Shown here piece after piece: positions 20,653 to 30,486 of a stretch of 64,000 bases of DNA (the stretch's first letter is position 1; each line of letters starts with the position of its first letter). The translations under genes and the position numbers were made by a program. The stretch is from contig JAJZJF010000001.1 of NCBI GenBank assembly GCA_021810245.1, positions 5,582 to 69,581 on the forward strand, in the 5' to 3' direction. Under the pieces are notes generated by a model that made no database searches, was not told where the DNA came from, and saw only the letters and a program-made list of their open reading frames with translations. The DNA is from a bacterium. GTDB lineage: Bacteria > Elusimicrobiota > Elusimicrobia > UBA1565 > UBA9628.

Positions 20653-21508
20653 CTATAGTGACGACAGCGGTTTGCCCCATCCTCAATGGTTGAGCGGGGT
20701 GGCGTTCATCAATAATGACGCGAACAGGAAAGCGCTGAGATAAAATAACCCAATTAAGGGTCGGGCTAATATTAGGGACAAGATTTACGGGGGGCCGATC
20801 TCCTGGAACGTGAATTCCCCATGCCAGTCCCTCCACGTGCCCCCGAAAAGCTTGATGAGGGTAGCTTTGAACGTATATCTTGACCGCCATTCCTGGTTTT
20901 ATAAATCGGAGAAACTCTTCTCTATAATTGGCGAGAACATACCAGACCGAATCATCCACCAAGGTTAAAACCGGACGCCCCTCATTGGCATACTCATGAA
21001 GCGAAATATTAAGGTTAGTGACATATCCATCAAATGGAGCTCGGACTTTGCAATAAGAAACATCCAGTTTCGCGAGATCAACCGCGGCCTCATCCGCCTG
21101 AACCTGGGTGCGAGCCCGAATAACGTCATTGGGCGTGACAAAGCGCTTGGGAAGGAGTTTCTGAACCCTCTCAAGGTATTGCCTCGAATAGGCGAGATTC
21201 GCTTCTCTTCTGGCCAATTTCGCCGCATAGGGCCGCGCGTCTACAGTAAAAAGAACGCTTCCTTTTTTAACATATTGATTATCTACAATAGGCAATTCCA
21301 TAATCCAACCGCTCACATGCGGCGCCATGGATATGGTATTGGGGCGGACATAGGCGTCATAGGTGCGCGGGTAGAAGTAATAGAGATAAAAAACATATGA
21401 AAGCGCTCCTATCGCAAGAGCAATAGAGCCAAGACTAATAAGCGCCGCCAGCAAATGTCTGGGATTCTCTTTAACGCCGTTTTTCACCCTCGAAGAAATT
21501 GTTTCCAT
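20633..21508 (-). CDS. HlyD-family membrane fusion protein (MdtN/AaeA-like)
   Basis: T.DAYV...APHVSG...VDNQYVKKG.VLF, APFDG.V, LSQRFPVR. Confidence 0.9.
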   Translation of the reverse strand: METISSRVKNGVKENPRHLLAALISLGSIALAIGALSYVFYLYYFYPRTYDAYVRPNTISMAPHVSGWIMELPIVDNQYVKKGSVLFTVDARPYAAKLARREANLAYSRQYLERVQKLLPKRFVTPNDVIRARTQVQADEAAVDLAKLDVSYCKVRAPFDGYVTNLNISLHEYANEGRPVLTLVDDSVWYVLANYREEFLRFIKPGMAVKIYVQSYPHQAFRGHVEGLAWGIHVPGDRPPVNLVPNISPTLNWVILSQRFPVRVIIDERHPAQPLRMGQTAVVTIDGYHKS

Positions 21509-21511
21509 ATC

Positions 21512-21772
21512 TTATCGAAAAAAAAGAATATAGCTCAGGCAAGCTATAAAAACCGCAATGGAAGGATAAACAAGAGCGCGCGGCCACAACAAATCCTCAA
21601 CCCTTAAGGCAATAAATAGGGGGCGGCAAAGGAAGGAAAGAAACGCTCCTAGGATAGGACAAAACAACCAGCAGGGGAAGAAAGCCCCTCCGATTTGAAT
21701 CAGAGGATCGCATCCAGAAACAAAAACAAGAACGGCGGAGAGAGACGCGAATAAGAGTAAGCCCTTGCGCAT
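21512..21772 (-). CDS. YtcA-family small membrane (lipo)protein
   Basis: SGC lipobox-like sequence, GAFFPCW motif, TM helices; AAGGAGG RBS. Confidence 0.8.
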   Translation of the reverse strand: MRKGLLLFASLSAVLVFVSGCDPLIQIGGAFFPCWLFCPILGAFLSFLCRPLFIALRVEDLLWPRALVYPSIAVFIACLSYILFFR

Positions 21773-21787
21773 GACAACCTCCTTTTT

Positions 21788-21812
21788 AAAAAAACCTACC
21801 ATCTCTGGTAGG
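21788..21812 (-). terminator. Intrinsic terminator (riboswitch expression platform)
   Basis: CCTACC-AGAGAT-GGTAGG hairpin followed by TTTTTTT; left arm overlaps the aptamer 3' end. Confidence 0.8.
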
Positions 21813-21862
21813 AGTTATTATCCCTTACAATCCAGGGAGGTTGCGGCGAACTCCATCGCCTA
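21808..21862 (-). ncRNA. Fluoride riboswitch (crcB motif)
   Basis: GGCGATGGAGTTCGCC-gcaacc-TCCCTggattgtaAGGGA-TAATAACTCCTAC: P1 GGCGA/TCGCC, hairpin TCCCT/AGGGA, pseudoknot GGAG/CTCC; enolase and DUF190 lie downstream. Confidence 0.9.
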
Positions 21863-21869
21863 TCCTTTT

Positions 21870-21878
21870 ATTATAGCA
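21870..21878 (-). promoter_or_regulatory. Extended -10 promoter (TGcTATAAT) for the riboswitch operon
   Basis: TGCTATAAT lies ~9 nt upstream of the aptamer start. Confidence 0.7.
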
Positions 21879-21979
21879 AATCCATCAAAATATATTTCTC
21901 TTTTCCCGAAAAATTTGCCGCATTAAAATCATTGAAAGAGCCCGCCGAGCGAAAATTTCACCCGGCGTCTTCTCTTCTT

Positions 21980-22780
21980 TTATTTCCCGCAAAGCTCCAA
22001 AGAAAAGCCTTTGAGGGCGGTAAATTGATCGAACTGGGCAGTGGGCGCCGCTGTTTCGCGAAAAGACGCCAACGTCCTGGGAGAAGGGGCAAAATCTCCC
22101 CCGCAAACAACCGTCAGATACCTGTCGAGGATAAAGTTGACGTCTTTTTCCTCTTCTTCGGACAAGGCGCCGATTTTCGCGATATCGCTTCCCAACTGAT
22201 CGGCGCCCGCGCCATTGGGAATATAAAATTGGCGCGACCACCTTCTCCTGGAAGGGAAATTGGTGTGGATAAAGAAAATGTCCGCAGCGAGCCTATTGCG
22301 AATTTGTAGGGCCTGGGTCAAATTCAAGGATTGGTATATTCCAGGCTCTTGCGAGTCCCCGCTTCCCAACATTGCGGCGGTGAAGAGTTTTAAGGCTCGT
22401 AACCGCGTCACATATTTTCCATAGTCCTGTCGAAACTGGTTTTCAGCATTCAAGCATTCAAGACCCTTTTCGCTTGAAACTTCCGGATTATCTTGACATC
22501 CCAGTCTCACGCCTACACCTAAATCGTCAAAAACCCGTCCCAGATGTTTGACGAGTTCATGATTGAGCACGTCCATCCGCGAAATCAAAGAATCAACAGC
22601 GTCGCCTTGAACTAAAGCCGCGGGAGGGGCGAGCTTCGATGATGCCGCCGCCTTTTTGATCGCCGGCATGGAGGGCATCGCGAACTTCTGGGCCGCGAGG
22701 GTTTCAAAGTCTCCCGCGCGAACGCAACTCGCAGCCAACAATAACGCAGGGAGAGTTCCGGCCAACTTCTTGATTTTCAT
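21980..22780 (-). CDS. Hypothetical exported protein
   Basis: Signal peptide-like N-terminus, GAGG RBS; no family recognised. Confidence 0.6.
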   Translation of the reverse strand: MKIKKLAGTLPALLLAASCVRAGDFETLAAQKFAMPSMPAIKKAAASSKLAPPAALVQGDAVDSLISRMDVLNHELVKHLGRVFDDLGVGVRLGCQDNPEVSSEKGLECLNAENQFRQDYGKYVTRLRALKLFTAAMLGSGDSQEPGIYQSLNLTQALQIRNRLAADIFFIHTNFPSRRRWSRQFYIPNGAGADQLGSDIAKIGALSEEEEKDVNFILDRYLTVVCGGDFAPSPRTLASFRETAAPTAQFDQFTALKGFSLELCGK

Positions 22781-22922
22781 TTTCGTTTACCTCGTTTTAG
22801 ACTTTTTCCGACGCTTGACTTCCGCGCCATCCTCCCATCATAGCACGCCGCGGGAAAATCCGCATGGGTCCAAAGGCCCAGATGAGTTCCGGCAAAAGAC
22901 CCAAACCCAGCCGCGAATTTTA

Positions 22923-22951
22923 TTGACACTTGCCCGCATAATTATTAATCT
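22923..22951 (+). promoter_or_regulatory. Sigma70-like promoter
   Basis: TTGACA-17 bp-TAATCT upstream of 23018. Confidence 0.55.
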
Positions 22952-23017
22952 AATATCCAACGCGGGGGAATTAAACCTCCCGCGGCGAAGGCAAAATAAA
23001 AGGGAAAAGGAGAATCC

Positions 23018-23641
23018 ATGTCAACAAAGACTGCATTAATGGCAGTTGCACTTGTAGGGCTAACGGCTGGTTGCGCCTCAATCATGTCTGGAAGCAACCA
23101 GGAAGTAACTTTCAATTCCAGTCCTGATGGGGCCACGGTGGCGATAGATGGCAGGGTAATTGGCAAAACTCCAATTACGACAATGTTAAAAAAGAAATCA
23201 GGCCAAACACTTACCTTCTCCAAAAATGATTATATGCCTTTGACAATGCAACTAGAAACGCAAATTGATGGCTGGTTTTGGGGAAATATCGTGATTGGCG
23301 GATTATTTGGATCGACTACCGATGGATTATCTGGAGCGGTAAACGAATATTCCCCAAACCAATATATGGTCACACTCCAGCCATCTGGAAGTACCTCATT
23401 AGAGCGCAACACGTCTCTGTCATCCGATCAAAAGATAAAGAATTTTATCATTGTTGGATACAACAATATTATGACAGACCTGAGTCAGGGGAAGGGCAAT
23501 TATCTAGCATCCTTATTTGATCTTCTGCATATTCCATCGAACAAACGAGCAAAAGCGGTGAAGAAACTAAAGGCACTTTCCGAGGTCTACACGTCCATTC
23601 CTGAATTTGCAGATCATGTTATCAAAATCTATTCAAAATGA
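23018..23641 (+). CDS. Lipoprotein with a PEGA domain and a DUF3015-like C-terminus
   Basis: LTAGC lipobox; S.PDGATV.IDG..IGKTP; DLSQGKGNYLASL. Confidence 0.65.
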   Translation: MSTKTALMAVALVGLTAGCASIMSGSNQEVTFNSSPDGATVAIDGRVIGKTPITTMLKKKSGQTLTFSKNDYMPLTMQLETQIDGWFWGNIVIGGLFGSTTDGLSGAVNEYSPNQYMVTLQPSGSTSLERNTSLSSDQKIKNFIIVGYNNIMTDLSQGKGNYLASLFDLLHIPSNKRAKAVKKLKALSEVYTSIPEFADHVIKIYSK

Positions 23642-23656
23642 GCCACAAGTCAACTA

Positions 23657-25525
23657 ATGTTGTCGCTCACTATATTGCTCTTAATCGCATCAAATGGATT
23701 CGCACAACCTACTACTAAGCTAAGCGACCAAGATAAGTTCGTCATACAAGCTCGTAATGAAAAATTAGCCAAACGCCGCCTGTGGCGGCTTCTCCTCCAT
23801 TACCGCTCGGGACCCTTTGGCTTAGAGAGCGAAGCCTCTAGCCCGAGTTTCTTTCTCGCCTCAGATGGAAGGCGAAACCCCGAAGCGGAAATTGAGGCCG
23901 ATATCGCGGCCATGTTCGGCCCCGGAACCCAGAACCGCGAAAAAATCATTTGCCGCTTCCCGGCGCGCTACGCTTGGCTTAAATCAAAACTCGAGATCAA
24001 GACCGCCGCTGTCTCTTGCCCCGCTTTTGAGGCTTGGAAAAAAGGGGTCTTCGCTCCATCAATCAGCTTGATTTTCGCCTCGGCTTACCTTGGAAATCCC
24101 GCCTCTTTATACGGCCATACCTTTTTCCGATTAAATCGCAACCCATCGCACCCTCTCCTTGACCCCGCCATTAATTTCGCGGCCCACCCGCACACAAAAA
24201 ACGGAATCTTATTCGCTTTGGGCGGTCTCCTCGGCTTTTTCCCGGGACGCTACTCCGCATTGCCTTACTATATCAAGGTCCAACAATATGGAGATTTTGA
24301 AAATCGCGATCTTTGGGAGTATCAGCTTAATCTTGATTCCGCCGCCATCAACAGGCTCTTGACCCATCTATGGGAATTAAACGGGGTAGGCTTCCCTTAT
24401 TACTTCTTCAACAAAAATTGCTCCTATCAAATCCTGGAGCTCATCGAAGTCGCCGATCCACGCGTACATTTAATTGACCACTGGCCGCTGTATGTGATTC
24501 CGGCCGACACGATCCGTGCCATCAAAAAAGCGGGGCTCGTTGAGAAAGAAACATATGAGCCGTCCATTCTCACTCAAATTATCAGCCGCAGGAATCATTT
24601 GCGCCCAAAAGAAATTCGTCTGATTTCGCGCCTTATTCAATCGCCCAAGGCCGCGCTCAAAACGCTTAAGACCCTGCCGCCCAAACGGCAGGCCCGCATT
24701 CTCGATTTGGCCGGAGAGTATCTCCAATATCAAACGGATTACCGAAAGAAAAAAGAAGACGCCTCAAAAAATGTCCGCTATCAGCTTTTATCGGCGCGCG
24801 CGGAATTGGGGATTTCCTCTCCTTCGGATCAAATTCCCGTTCCGGTTCCTCCTGAAGACGGACACCCGAGCGCTCGCATGAGCTTCGGCCAAAGCGCGGG
24901 AAGCACCAATTTCACTGAATTTGACTGGCGGCCAGGGCTTCATGATCTTCTCGATCCGCCGGAGGGATACAATTCAAATGGTGAATTGGCGATGATGAAT
25001 CTCGATCTGCGCCGCGATCTTAGGACCGGACGCGCCTATCTCCACGATCTCGATCTCGTTAAAATACTCGCCGTTCCGCCGTTTGACCCCATCGCGAGGA
25101 AACCCTCTTGGGATTTTAATTTCGGAGTCAAAACCGCCGATGAACTCGCCCCCAAGGACCCTTGGAACGCGAACTATTTTGGCGGGCGCCTAGGCGGCGG
25201 ATATTCCCTTAGTATGCCGCTTGTCCCCTGGAAAGAGACTAATTACGCCCTTTTGGACGCCGACGCGGGAACGGGACAGATTTTTAGGAATTTATATCGC
25301 CTCGGAGGCGGGACGAGAATCGGGACCGTGGCGTATTTGACGCCGCATTGGCGCCTGCGGCTGGAGGGATTTGCCTTCGGCTATTTTCTGGGAGATACCC
25401 GGCCCGATATCGGAGCGTGCGCGGAAAGTCAATACGATCTGACGAAATCCGTCTCTCTTCGCCTCAACGCCGAGAGAAACGGGGCCGACCAGCAAGCGGG
25501 CCTTAATTTTTTAATATATTATTGA
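23657..25525 (+). CDS. DUF4105 (Lnb-like) outer membrane protein
   Basis: W..LLHY, CRFPARY.WL, NPAS.YGHT, Y.FF.KNCSY; beta-rich C-terminus. Confidence 0.75.
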   Translation: MLSLTILLLIASNGFAQPTTKLSDQDKFVIQARNEKLAKRRLWRLLLHYRSGPFGLESEASSPSFFLASDGRRNPEAEIEADIAAMFGPGTQNREKIICRFPARYAWLKSKLEIKTAAVSCPAFEAWKKGVFAPSISLIFASAYLGNPASLYGHTFFRLNRNPSHPLLDPAINFAAHPHTKNGILFALGGLLGFFPGRYSALPYYIKVQQYGDFENRDLWEYQLNLDSAAINRLLTHLWELNGVGFPYYFFNKNCSYQILELIEVADPRVHLIDHWPLYVIPADTIRAIKKAGLVEKETYEPSILTQIISRRNHLRPKEIRLISRLIQSPKAALKTLKTLPPKRQARILDLAGEYLQYQTDYRKKKEDASKNVRYQLLSARAELGISSPSDQIPVPVPPEDGHPSARMSFGQSAGSTNFTEFDWRPGLHDLLDPPEGYNSNGELAMMNLDLRRDLRTGRAYLHDLDLVKILAVPPFDPIARKPSWDFNFGVKTADELAPKDPWNANYFGGRLGGGYSLSMPLVPWKETNYALLDADAGTGQIFRNLYRLGGGTRIGTVAYLTPHWRLRLEGFAFGYFLGDTRPDIGACAESQYDLTKSVSLRLNAERNGADQQAGLNFLIYY

Positions 25526-25555
25526 GCCCTTGGTTTGGTAGAATAAGACAATCCC

Positions 25556-27079
25556 ATGAAACTGACAATCGCTGTTCTTTCTTTATTGGCTCCGCTTTCC
25601 GCCTTCGCCCAAGGAGTAGCGGTCTCAACGCCCACCGCGCCCGCCCGTCCCCTGACAGTCGCGATTTCAAGCTCCACCCAAGCCCAAACCCAGACTCAAA
25701 TTGTTTCGACTCGCACGCTGAACACGTCTTTGGCCTCGCCGGCGACTCCTAAAATTTCCTCATCAACCGCCATTATCCGGGCTCCCGCAATATCCTCCTC
25801 AACCGCGCAAAAGCAGGTTTCCCAACCCGCCCCCACTCCTTTAGATGGGATTTCCCAGGCAAAACTGGATTACCAAGAGGGAATTATCGATTTCAAAAAC
25901 GGACAAGACAGCGCCGGGCGGGAAAAAATGGCGGACGCCTTTAGCATCGTCATCTCCCGCTTTCGCGAGCCGGGCCTGCCAAGAATTCTCGCGCCCGACT
26001 TCGATCGAATGCTGAAAAAAATACGAGTTTCCATTACTTCCAATACCGAGCACATCGCCATTAATCCCAATGACCCGAAAGTTCAGCAGATGATTCAGCT
26101 TTATCTGCGCCGTCCAAAAGCGACCGAGGCGGCCCTGTCGCGCTCCGGAATGTATCGAGACATGATTATGTCGGCGCTCAAGAAAAAAGGCCTGCCGCCG
26201 GAACTGTTCTATTTAGTCATGGCGGAAAGCGAATTTAAAGACGATGCCCTAAGCCGCTCGGGCGCTGCGGGCCTGTGGCAATTCATGCCGGGCACCGCGG
26301 TTAAATACGGCCTTAAGGTCAGCTACTGGGAAGACGATCGCTATGTTCCCGAGAAAGAAACCATGGCCGCCATCCATTATCTTTCGGATCTTCGCCGTTG
26401 GTTTGGCGATTGGGCCCTGGCTTTAGCCGCTTATAACCGCGGAGAAGGCGGCTTGGGCTATGAAATGAAGATGAGCCGCTCTCTTAATTTCGGCTCCCTT
26501 TCATCCCGCGGGGCTCTGCCGACCCAAACGAATTTCTATGTCCCTAAGTTCGAGGCCTGCGTTTTGATTGGAGAAAACCCCGAGAAATATGGTTTTCACC
26601 CTCAGTATGCCGCTCCGGGGTCCTTTGATACCGTCACCATTCCGCACGCTCTCGATTTGGGAATAGCGGCGCGCTGCGCTCAAACGAGCGAAAGCGTCTT
26701 GCGCCAATTAAACCCGGAGCTTCGCGCCTGGTGCACGCCGGAAAAAAAATCCGGATTTAAGCTTAAAATCCCCAAAGGCTCCGCGAAAAATTTTGAGGCG
26801 GCCTTGGCCCAAGTCAAGGATTGGAATCCTGGACCGACGATGCTCCGCTACCGAATCAGAAGGGGCGATATTCTCGGAAAGATTGCGCGACGATACCACA
26901 CCACCATTTCAAGCCTCATTAAAATCAACCACATCCGCAGCGTAAGAACCCTCAAGCCTGGGCGCATTATTTTAATCCGGCCGGGAATACGCCGCGTTCA
27001 CATACGCCGATTGGCCCGCCGAAAACGCTGGCAATCCCGCGTCTCTCGCTCAAAGAAAAGAAAAAGGGTTCGTGGTTGA
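25556..27079 (+). CDS. Lytic transglycosylase with LysM domain (MltD-like)
   Basis: AESEF, AAGLWQFMPGT, AAYNRG SLT motifs; YRIRRGDILGKIA LysM. Confidence 0.88.
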   Translation: MKLTIAVLSLLAPLSAFAQGVAVSTPTAPARPLTVAISSSTQAQTQTQIVSTRTLNTSLASPATPKISSSTAIIRAPAISSSTAQKQVSQPAPTPLDGISQAKLDYQEGIIDFKNGQDSAGREKMADAFSIVISRFREPGLPRILAPDFDRMLKKIRVSITSNTEHIAINPNDPKVQQMIQLYLRRPKATEAALSRSGMYRDMIMSALKKKGLPPELFYLVMAESEFKDDALSRSGAAGLWQFMPGTAVKYGLKVSYWEDDRYVPEKETMAAIHYLSDLRRWFGDWALALAAYNRGEGGLGYEMKMSRSLNFGSLSSRGALPTQTNFYVPKFEACVLIGENPEKYGFHPQYAAPGSFDTVTIPHALDLGIAARCAQTSESVLRQLNPELRAWCTPEKKSGFKLKIPKGSAKNFEAALAQVKDWNPGPTMLRYRIRRGDILGKIARRYHTTISSLIKINHIRSVRTLKPGRIILIRPGIRRVHIRRLARRKRWQSRVSRSKKRKRVRG

Positions 27080-27942
27080 ATGCTCATCGCTTTAATTGCG
27101 CGCGCCTCTACAGTTTAATTCTGGGGCTGGTCTTTCCATTTCTTTCCGGATGCACGCATGATTTCTTTTTTCCAACTCACCGCCTCTACCGCCGCCCAGA
27201 AACGCTAGGAATCAACTCCGAGTGGTTTAAATTTCCATCCAAAGATGGAACCGCCATCACCGGACTCTTAATGAAAACATCCCAGCCAAAAGCCAAGGGA
27301 ATTTTGGTTCAGTTCCACGGCAACGGAGAGAACATGACTTCTCACTTTATGTTCTCTTATTGGCTACCCGCCCAAGGCTATGACGTGCTGATTTTCGATT
27401 ATCGCGGATACGGAGCGTCGGCGGGAAAGCCCTCGGTCAAAGGCGCCATTAAAGACGGAGAAGCGGCCATTGACTATGTTTTAAAGCGCCGTGATTTGCC
27501 TTCTGACGTTTTTATCTGGGGGCAAAGCCTGGGCGGAGCCATTAGCATCGCTTCTCTGGCCCTGGGGCGCTTTCAAAACCCGCGCATTAAGGCCCTCATC
27601 ATCGAAAACTCTTTTGACTCTTATCAGGATATGGCCGAAGCCGCGTTGGGGCGCTCATGGATAACCCGGCTTTTCCGGTGGCCGCTTTCAAGGCTGTTTA
27701 TCTCCGACCGCTACGCGCCCCTTCGCTACGCGCGCCAATTGCCGCATATTCCGATTCTGGTGATTGCCTCCACTAAAGATACGATTGTTCCATTTCGATT
27801 GGAAAAAAAACTTTTTGAGGAACTCCCGCAGCCAAAGACCCTATGGATCGTTTCCGGGGGAGATCATTTGTCGGCCTTTACGCGATTTGGAGACTCCTTT
27901 AAGCCTAAACTCCTTGAATTTCTCAGCGAACGCCGCCATTAA
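27076..27942 (+). CDS. Alpha/beta hydrolase, possible lipoprotein
   Basis: FHGNG, DYRGYG, GQSLGG; LSGC lipobox. Confidence 0.85.
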   Translation: MNAHRFNCARLYSLILGLVFPFLSGCTHDFFFPTHRLYRRPETLGINSEWFKFPSKDGTAITGLLMKTSQPKAKGILVQFHGNGENMTSHFMFSYWLPAQGYDVLIFDYRGYGASAGKPSVKGAIKDGEAAIDYVLKRRDLPSDVFIWGQSLGGAISIASLALGRFQNPRIKALIIENSFDSYQDMAEAALGRSWITRLFRWPLSRLFISDRYAPLRYARQLPHIPILVIASTKDTIVPFRLEKKLFEELPQPKTLWIVSGGDHLSAFTRFGDSFKPKLLEFLSERRH

Positions 27943-27988
27943 AATCTATAAACCGTCTTGAGAAGGGAAATAGATTTAGTAGAATGAA

Positions 27989-30187
27989 GTGTTCCCCTAT
28001 TCAACGATGAATCTTGACCTTCTCAACCCCGAACAAGCGCGCGCGGTTCTTCATAAAGAAGGCCCGCTCTTGGTTTTGGCCGCGGCGGGAACCGGAAAAA
28101 CTCGGGTCATCACTTACCGAATCGCGCGGCTTATCGAAGAAGGCGTTTCCCCCGAAAGAATCCTAGCCGTTACCTTCACAAACAAAGCCGCCGAGGAAAT
28201 GCGGCAAAGAATCGAGTCCTTGTCTCCCGGAAAGGGCGGCGCGGTCTGGGTTTTTACCTTCCACGGCTTCTGCGCGAAACTCTTGCGCCAACACTATGAG
28301 TTAGCCAAACTCAGCCGCCATTTCACGATTTACGATCAATCCGATCAGAAAAGACTGATCACCGAAGCGATGAAGGAACTCGGCTTCGATAAAGAGACCG
28401 CAAAGGCCTCAATGTATGCCGGAATTATCTCGCGCGCCAAAGACGATCTTTTAGACGCCGAGTCTTACGCCATCTATGCCGAAACGACCGTTGACTCTTC
28501 CAGAAAAACCGCCGCGAAAATTTACAGCGTTTATCAAAAGAAGCTGGAAAACGCGGGCGGAGTCGATTTTGGGGATCTCTTGCTTAAAGTTTGCTCTCTT
28601 TTAAAGGAACACCCTTCCATCCGCGAATACTACCAAGATTATTTCCGGCACATTCTCGTAGATGAATACCAAGACACCAACCACGCCCAATACATCATCA
28701 CCAAAACCCTGGCCGCTAAGCATAAAAATCTGTGCGTGGTCGGAGACGACGATCAAAGCGTTTATTCTTGGCGCGGAGCCGATATCCGAAACATCCTGGA
28801 ATTTGAGCGCGATTTCAAAGACACCGGCGTCGTCACCTTGGAACAAAATTATCGTTCGACCAAGCCGATTCTCGACGCCGCAGGGCGGGTCATCCGCAAT
28901 AACGGCAAGCGCAAAGCCAAAACCTTGTGGACCCAAAAAGAAGGCGGCAACGCCATCCACGTCCAAGAGTTAATGGATGAAAGAGAAGAGGCTTCCTGGG
29001 TCGTGCGCAAAATCGAAGAGGAAAAAAGAGCCGGACGCTCTCTGTCTGATTTCGCGATTTTTTACCGAACCAACGCTCAAAGCCGCTCTTTTGAAGAGGC
29101 CTTGCGCCGCGCCGGAATCAATTATCGTTTGATTGGGGCGATGCGCTTTTATCAAAGGCAAGAAATCAAGGACGCCCTGGCCTACGCGCGCGTAATTTTA
29201 AATCCGCGAGATGAAATTAGCCTGATGAGAATCGTCAATACGCCCCCCAGAGGAATCGGGAAAACCAGCCTTGAAAGAATCAAGGCTTACGCGAATTCTA
29301 AAAATTTAAGCGCTTTGGACGCCTTTAAGGCCGCCTCAGAAATCGAGAATCTAACGCCTTCTTGCCGCAAATCCTTGGCGGATCTAACTTCCTTTCTTGA
29401 GAAAATTCAAGCCGATTTGCCGTCTTTGTCGGCCAGCGCCGCGATGGCGCGTATTTTAGAAGAATCCCGATATTTTTCTTGGCTAGAACAAGAAAGCGAA
29501 ACCGATCTCGATGCCGCCTCTCGTCTCGCCAACGTTCAAGAACTTCTAAACTCAGTCAAGGAATACGAAGAAAGAAGACAGACCTCCGGTTCTTCCTTAA
29601 GCCTTAGCCAATATCTGGAAGAAATCTCCCTTCAAACCGACAATTTCGATGCGCCGGGAGTTGATGATTCAATAACGCTGATGACCATTCATCTTGCCAA
29701 GGGCCTTGAGTTTCCCGTCGTTTTTCTGACCGGTCTTGAAGAGGGGCTATTTCCAATCGGCTCGAATAACTCCTCTCAAGAGGAATTAGAAGAAGAAAGG
29801 CGGCTTTGCTATGTTGGGATGACGCGCGCAAAGGAAATGTTGTATTTGACCCATGCCTCGACTCGGCGCGTTTTCGGGCAAACCTATTCCAATATCCCTT
29901 CTCGCTTTATCATGGAAGCCCGGCTTGAAAGCGAATATTTACCGTCTTCCAAAAGACCGCCCGCGACGTCCGCGGCGACGGGCTCTTCTCTTGAGCCTCC
30001 AAACTCCTACGCGCAAAGAATGGGAGCGGCGCTGAAAGTGGGCTCTCGGGTTCGACACCCCCTTTTCGGCGCCGGAGAAGTCCTTGAAAAATCCGGCAGC
30101 GGAGAAGGCGCAAAAGCTCTCATTCGCTTTCAAAATGGGAGAATCGCCAAGCTCGTTTTGCGCTACGCCCCCTTGGAGGTTATTTGA
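27989..30187 (+). CDS. pcrA: ATP-dependent DNA helicase PcrA/UvrD
   Basis: AAAGTGKT, TFTNKAA, VDEYQDTN, EEERRLCYVGMTRA, C-terminal HP.FG.G domain. Confidence 0.92.
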   Translation: MFPYSTMNLDLLNPEQARAVLHKEGPLLVLAAAGTGKTRVITYRIARLIEEGVSPERILAVTFTNKAAEEMRQRIESLSPGKGGAVWVFTFHGFCAKLLRQHYELAKLSRHFTIYDQSDQKRLITEAMKELGFDKETAKASMYAGIISRAKDDLLDAESYAIYAETTVDSSRKTAAKIYSVYQKKLENAGGVDFGDLLLKVCSLLKEHPSIREYYQDYFRHILVDEYQDTNHAQYIITKTLAAKHKNLCVVGDDDQSVYSWRGADIRNILEFERDFKDTGVVTLEQNYRSTKPILDAAGRVIRNNGKRKAKTLWTQKEGGNAIHVQELMDEREEASWVVRKIEEEKRAGRSLSDFAIFYRTNAQSRSFEEALRRAGINYRLIGAMRFYQRQEIKDALAYARVILNPRDEISLMRIVNTPPRGIGKTSLERIKAYANSKNLSALDAFKAASEIENLTPSCRKSLADLTSFLEKIQADLPSLSASAAMARILEESRYFSWLEQESETDLDAASRLANVQELLNSVKEYEERRQTSGSSLSLSQYLEEISLQTDNFDAPGVDDSITLMTIHLAKGLEFPVVFLTGLEEGLFPIGSNNSSQEELEEERRLCYVGMTRAKEMLYLTHASTRRVFGQTYSNIPSRFIMEARLESEYLPSSKRPPATSAATGSSLEPPNSYAQRMGAALKVGSRVRHPLFGAGEVLEKSGSGEGAKALIRFQNGRIAKLVLRYAPLEVI

Positions 30188-30486
30188 TGGAAAAATCTTC
30201 TCTGATTACGAAAGAAGACGTGCTTAAAATCGCTGCCTTGGCTAAATTGTCCTTGTCCGCCGATGAAGTTTCCCGCTACCAATCGCAATTCACAAAGATA
30301 TTGGACTCGATCGCGGAATTATCCCGTTTAAATGTGGAAAACGTCCCCCCAACATCTTCAGTCCTGGGTCTCAAAAATGCCTTGCGCGAGGATGAAATAG
30401 CGTCTTTTGAAAACATGGAAGCGCTGATCGATAACGCCCCGGAAAAAGACGGCCCTTATTTCAAAGTTCCTAAAATAATCGAATGA
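30187..30486 (+). CDS. gatC: Glu-tRNA(Gln)/Asp-tRNA(Asn) amidotransferase subunit C
   Basis: IA.LAKL...LRED...NAPE...YFKVPKII; upstream of gatA. Confidence 0.92.
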   Translation: MEKSSLITKEDVLKIAALAKLSLSADEVSRYQSQFTKILDSIAELSRLNVENVPPTSSVLGLKNALREDEIASFENMEALIDNAPEKDGPYFKVPKIIE

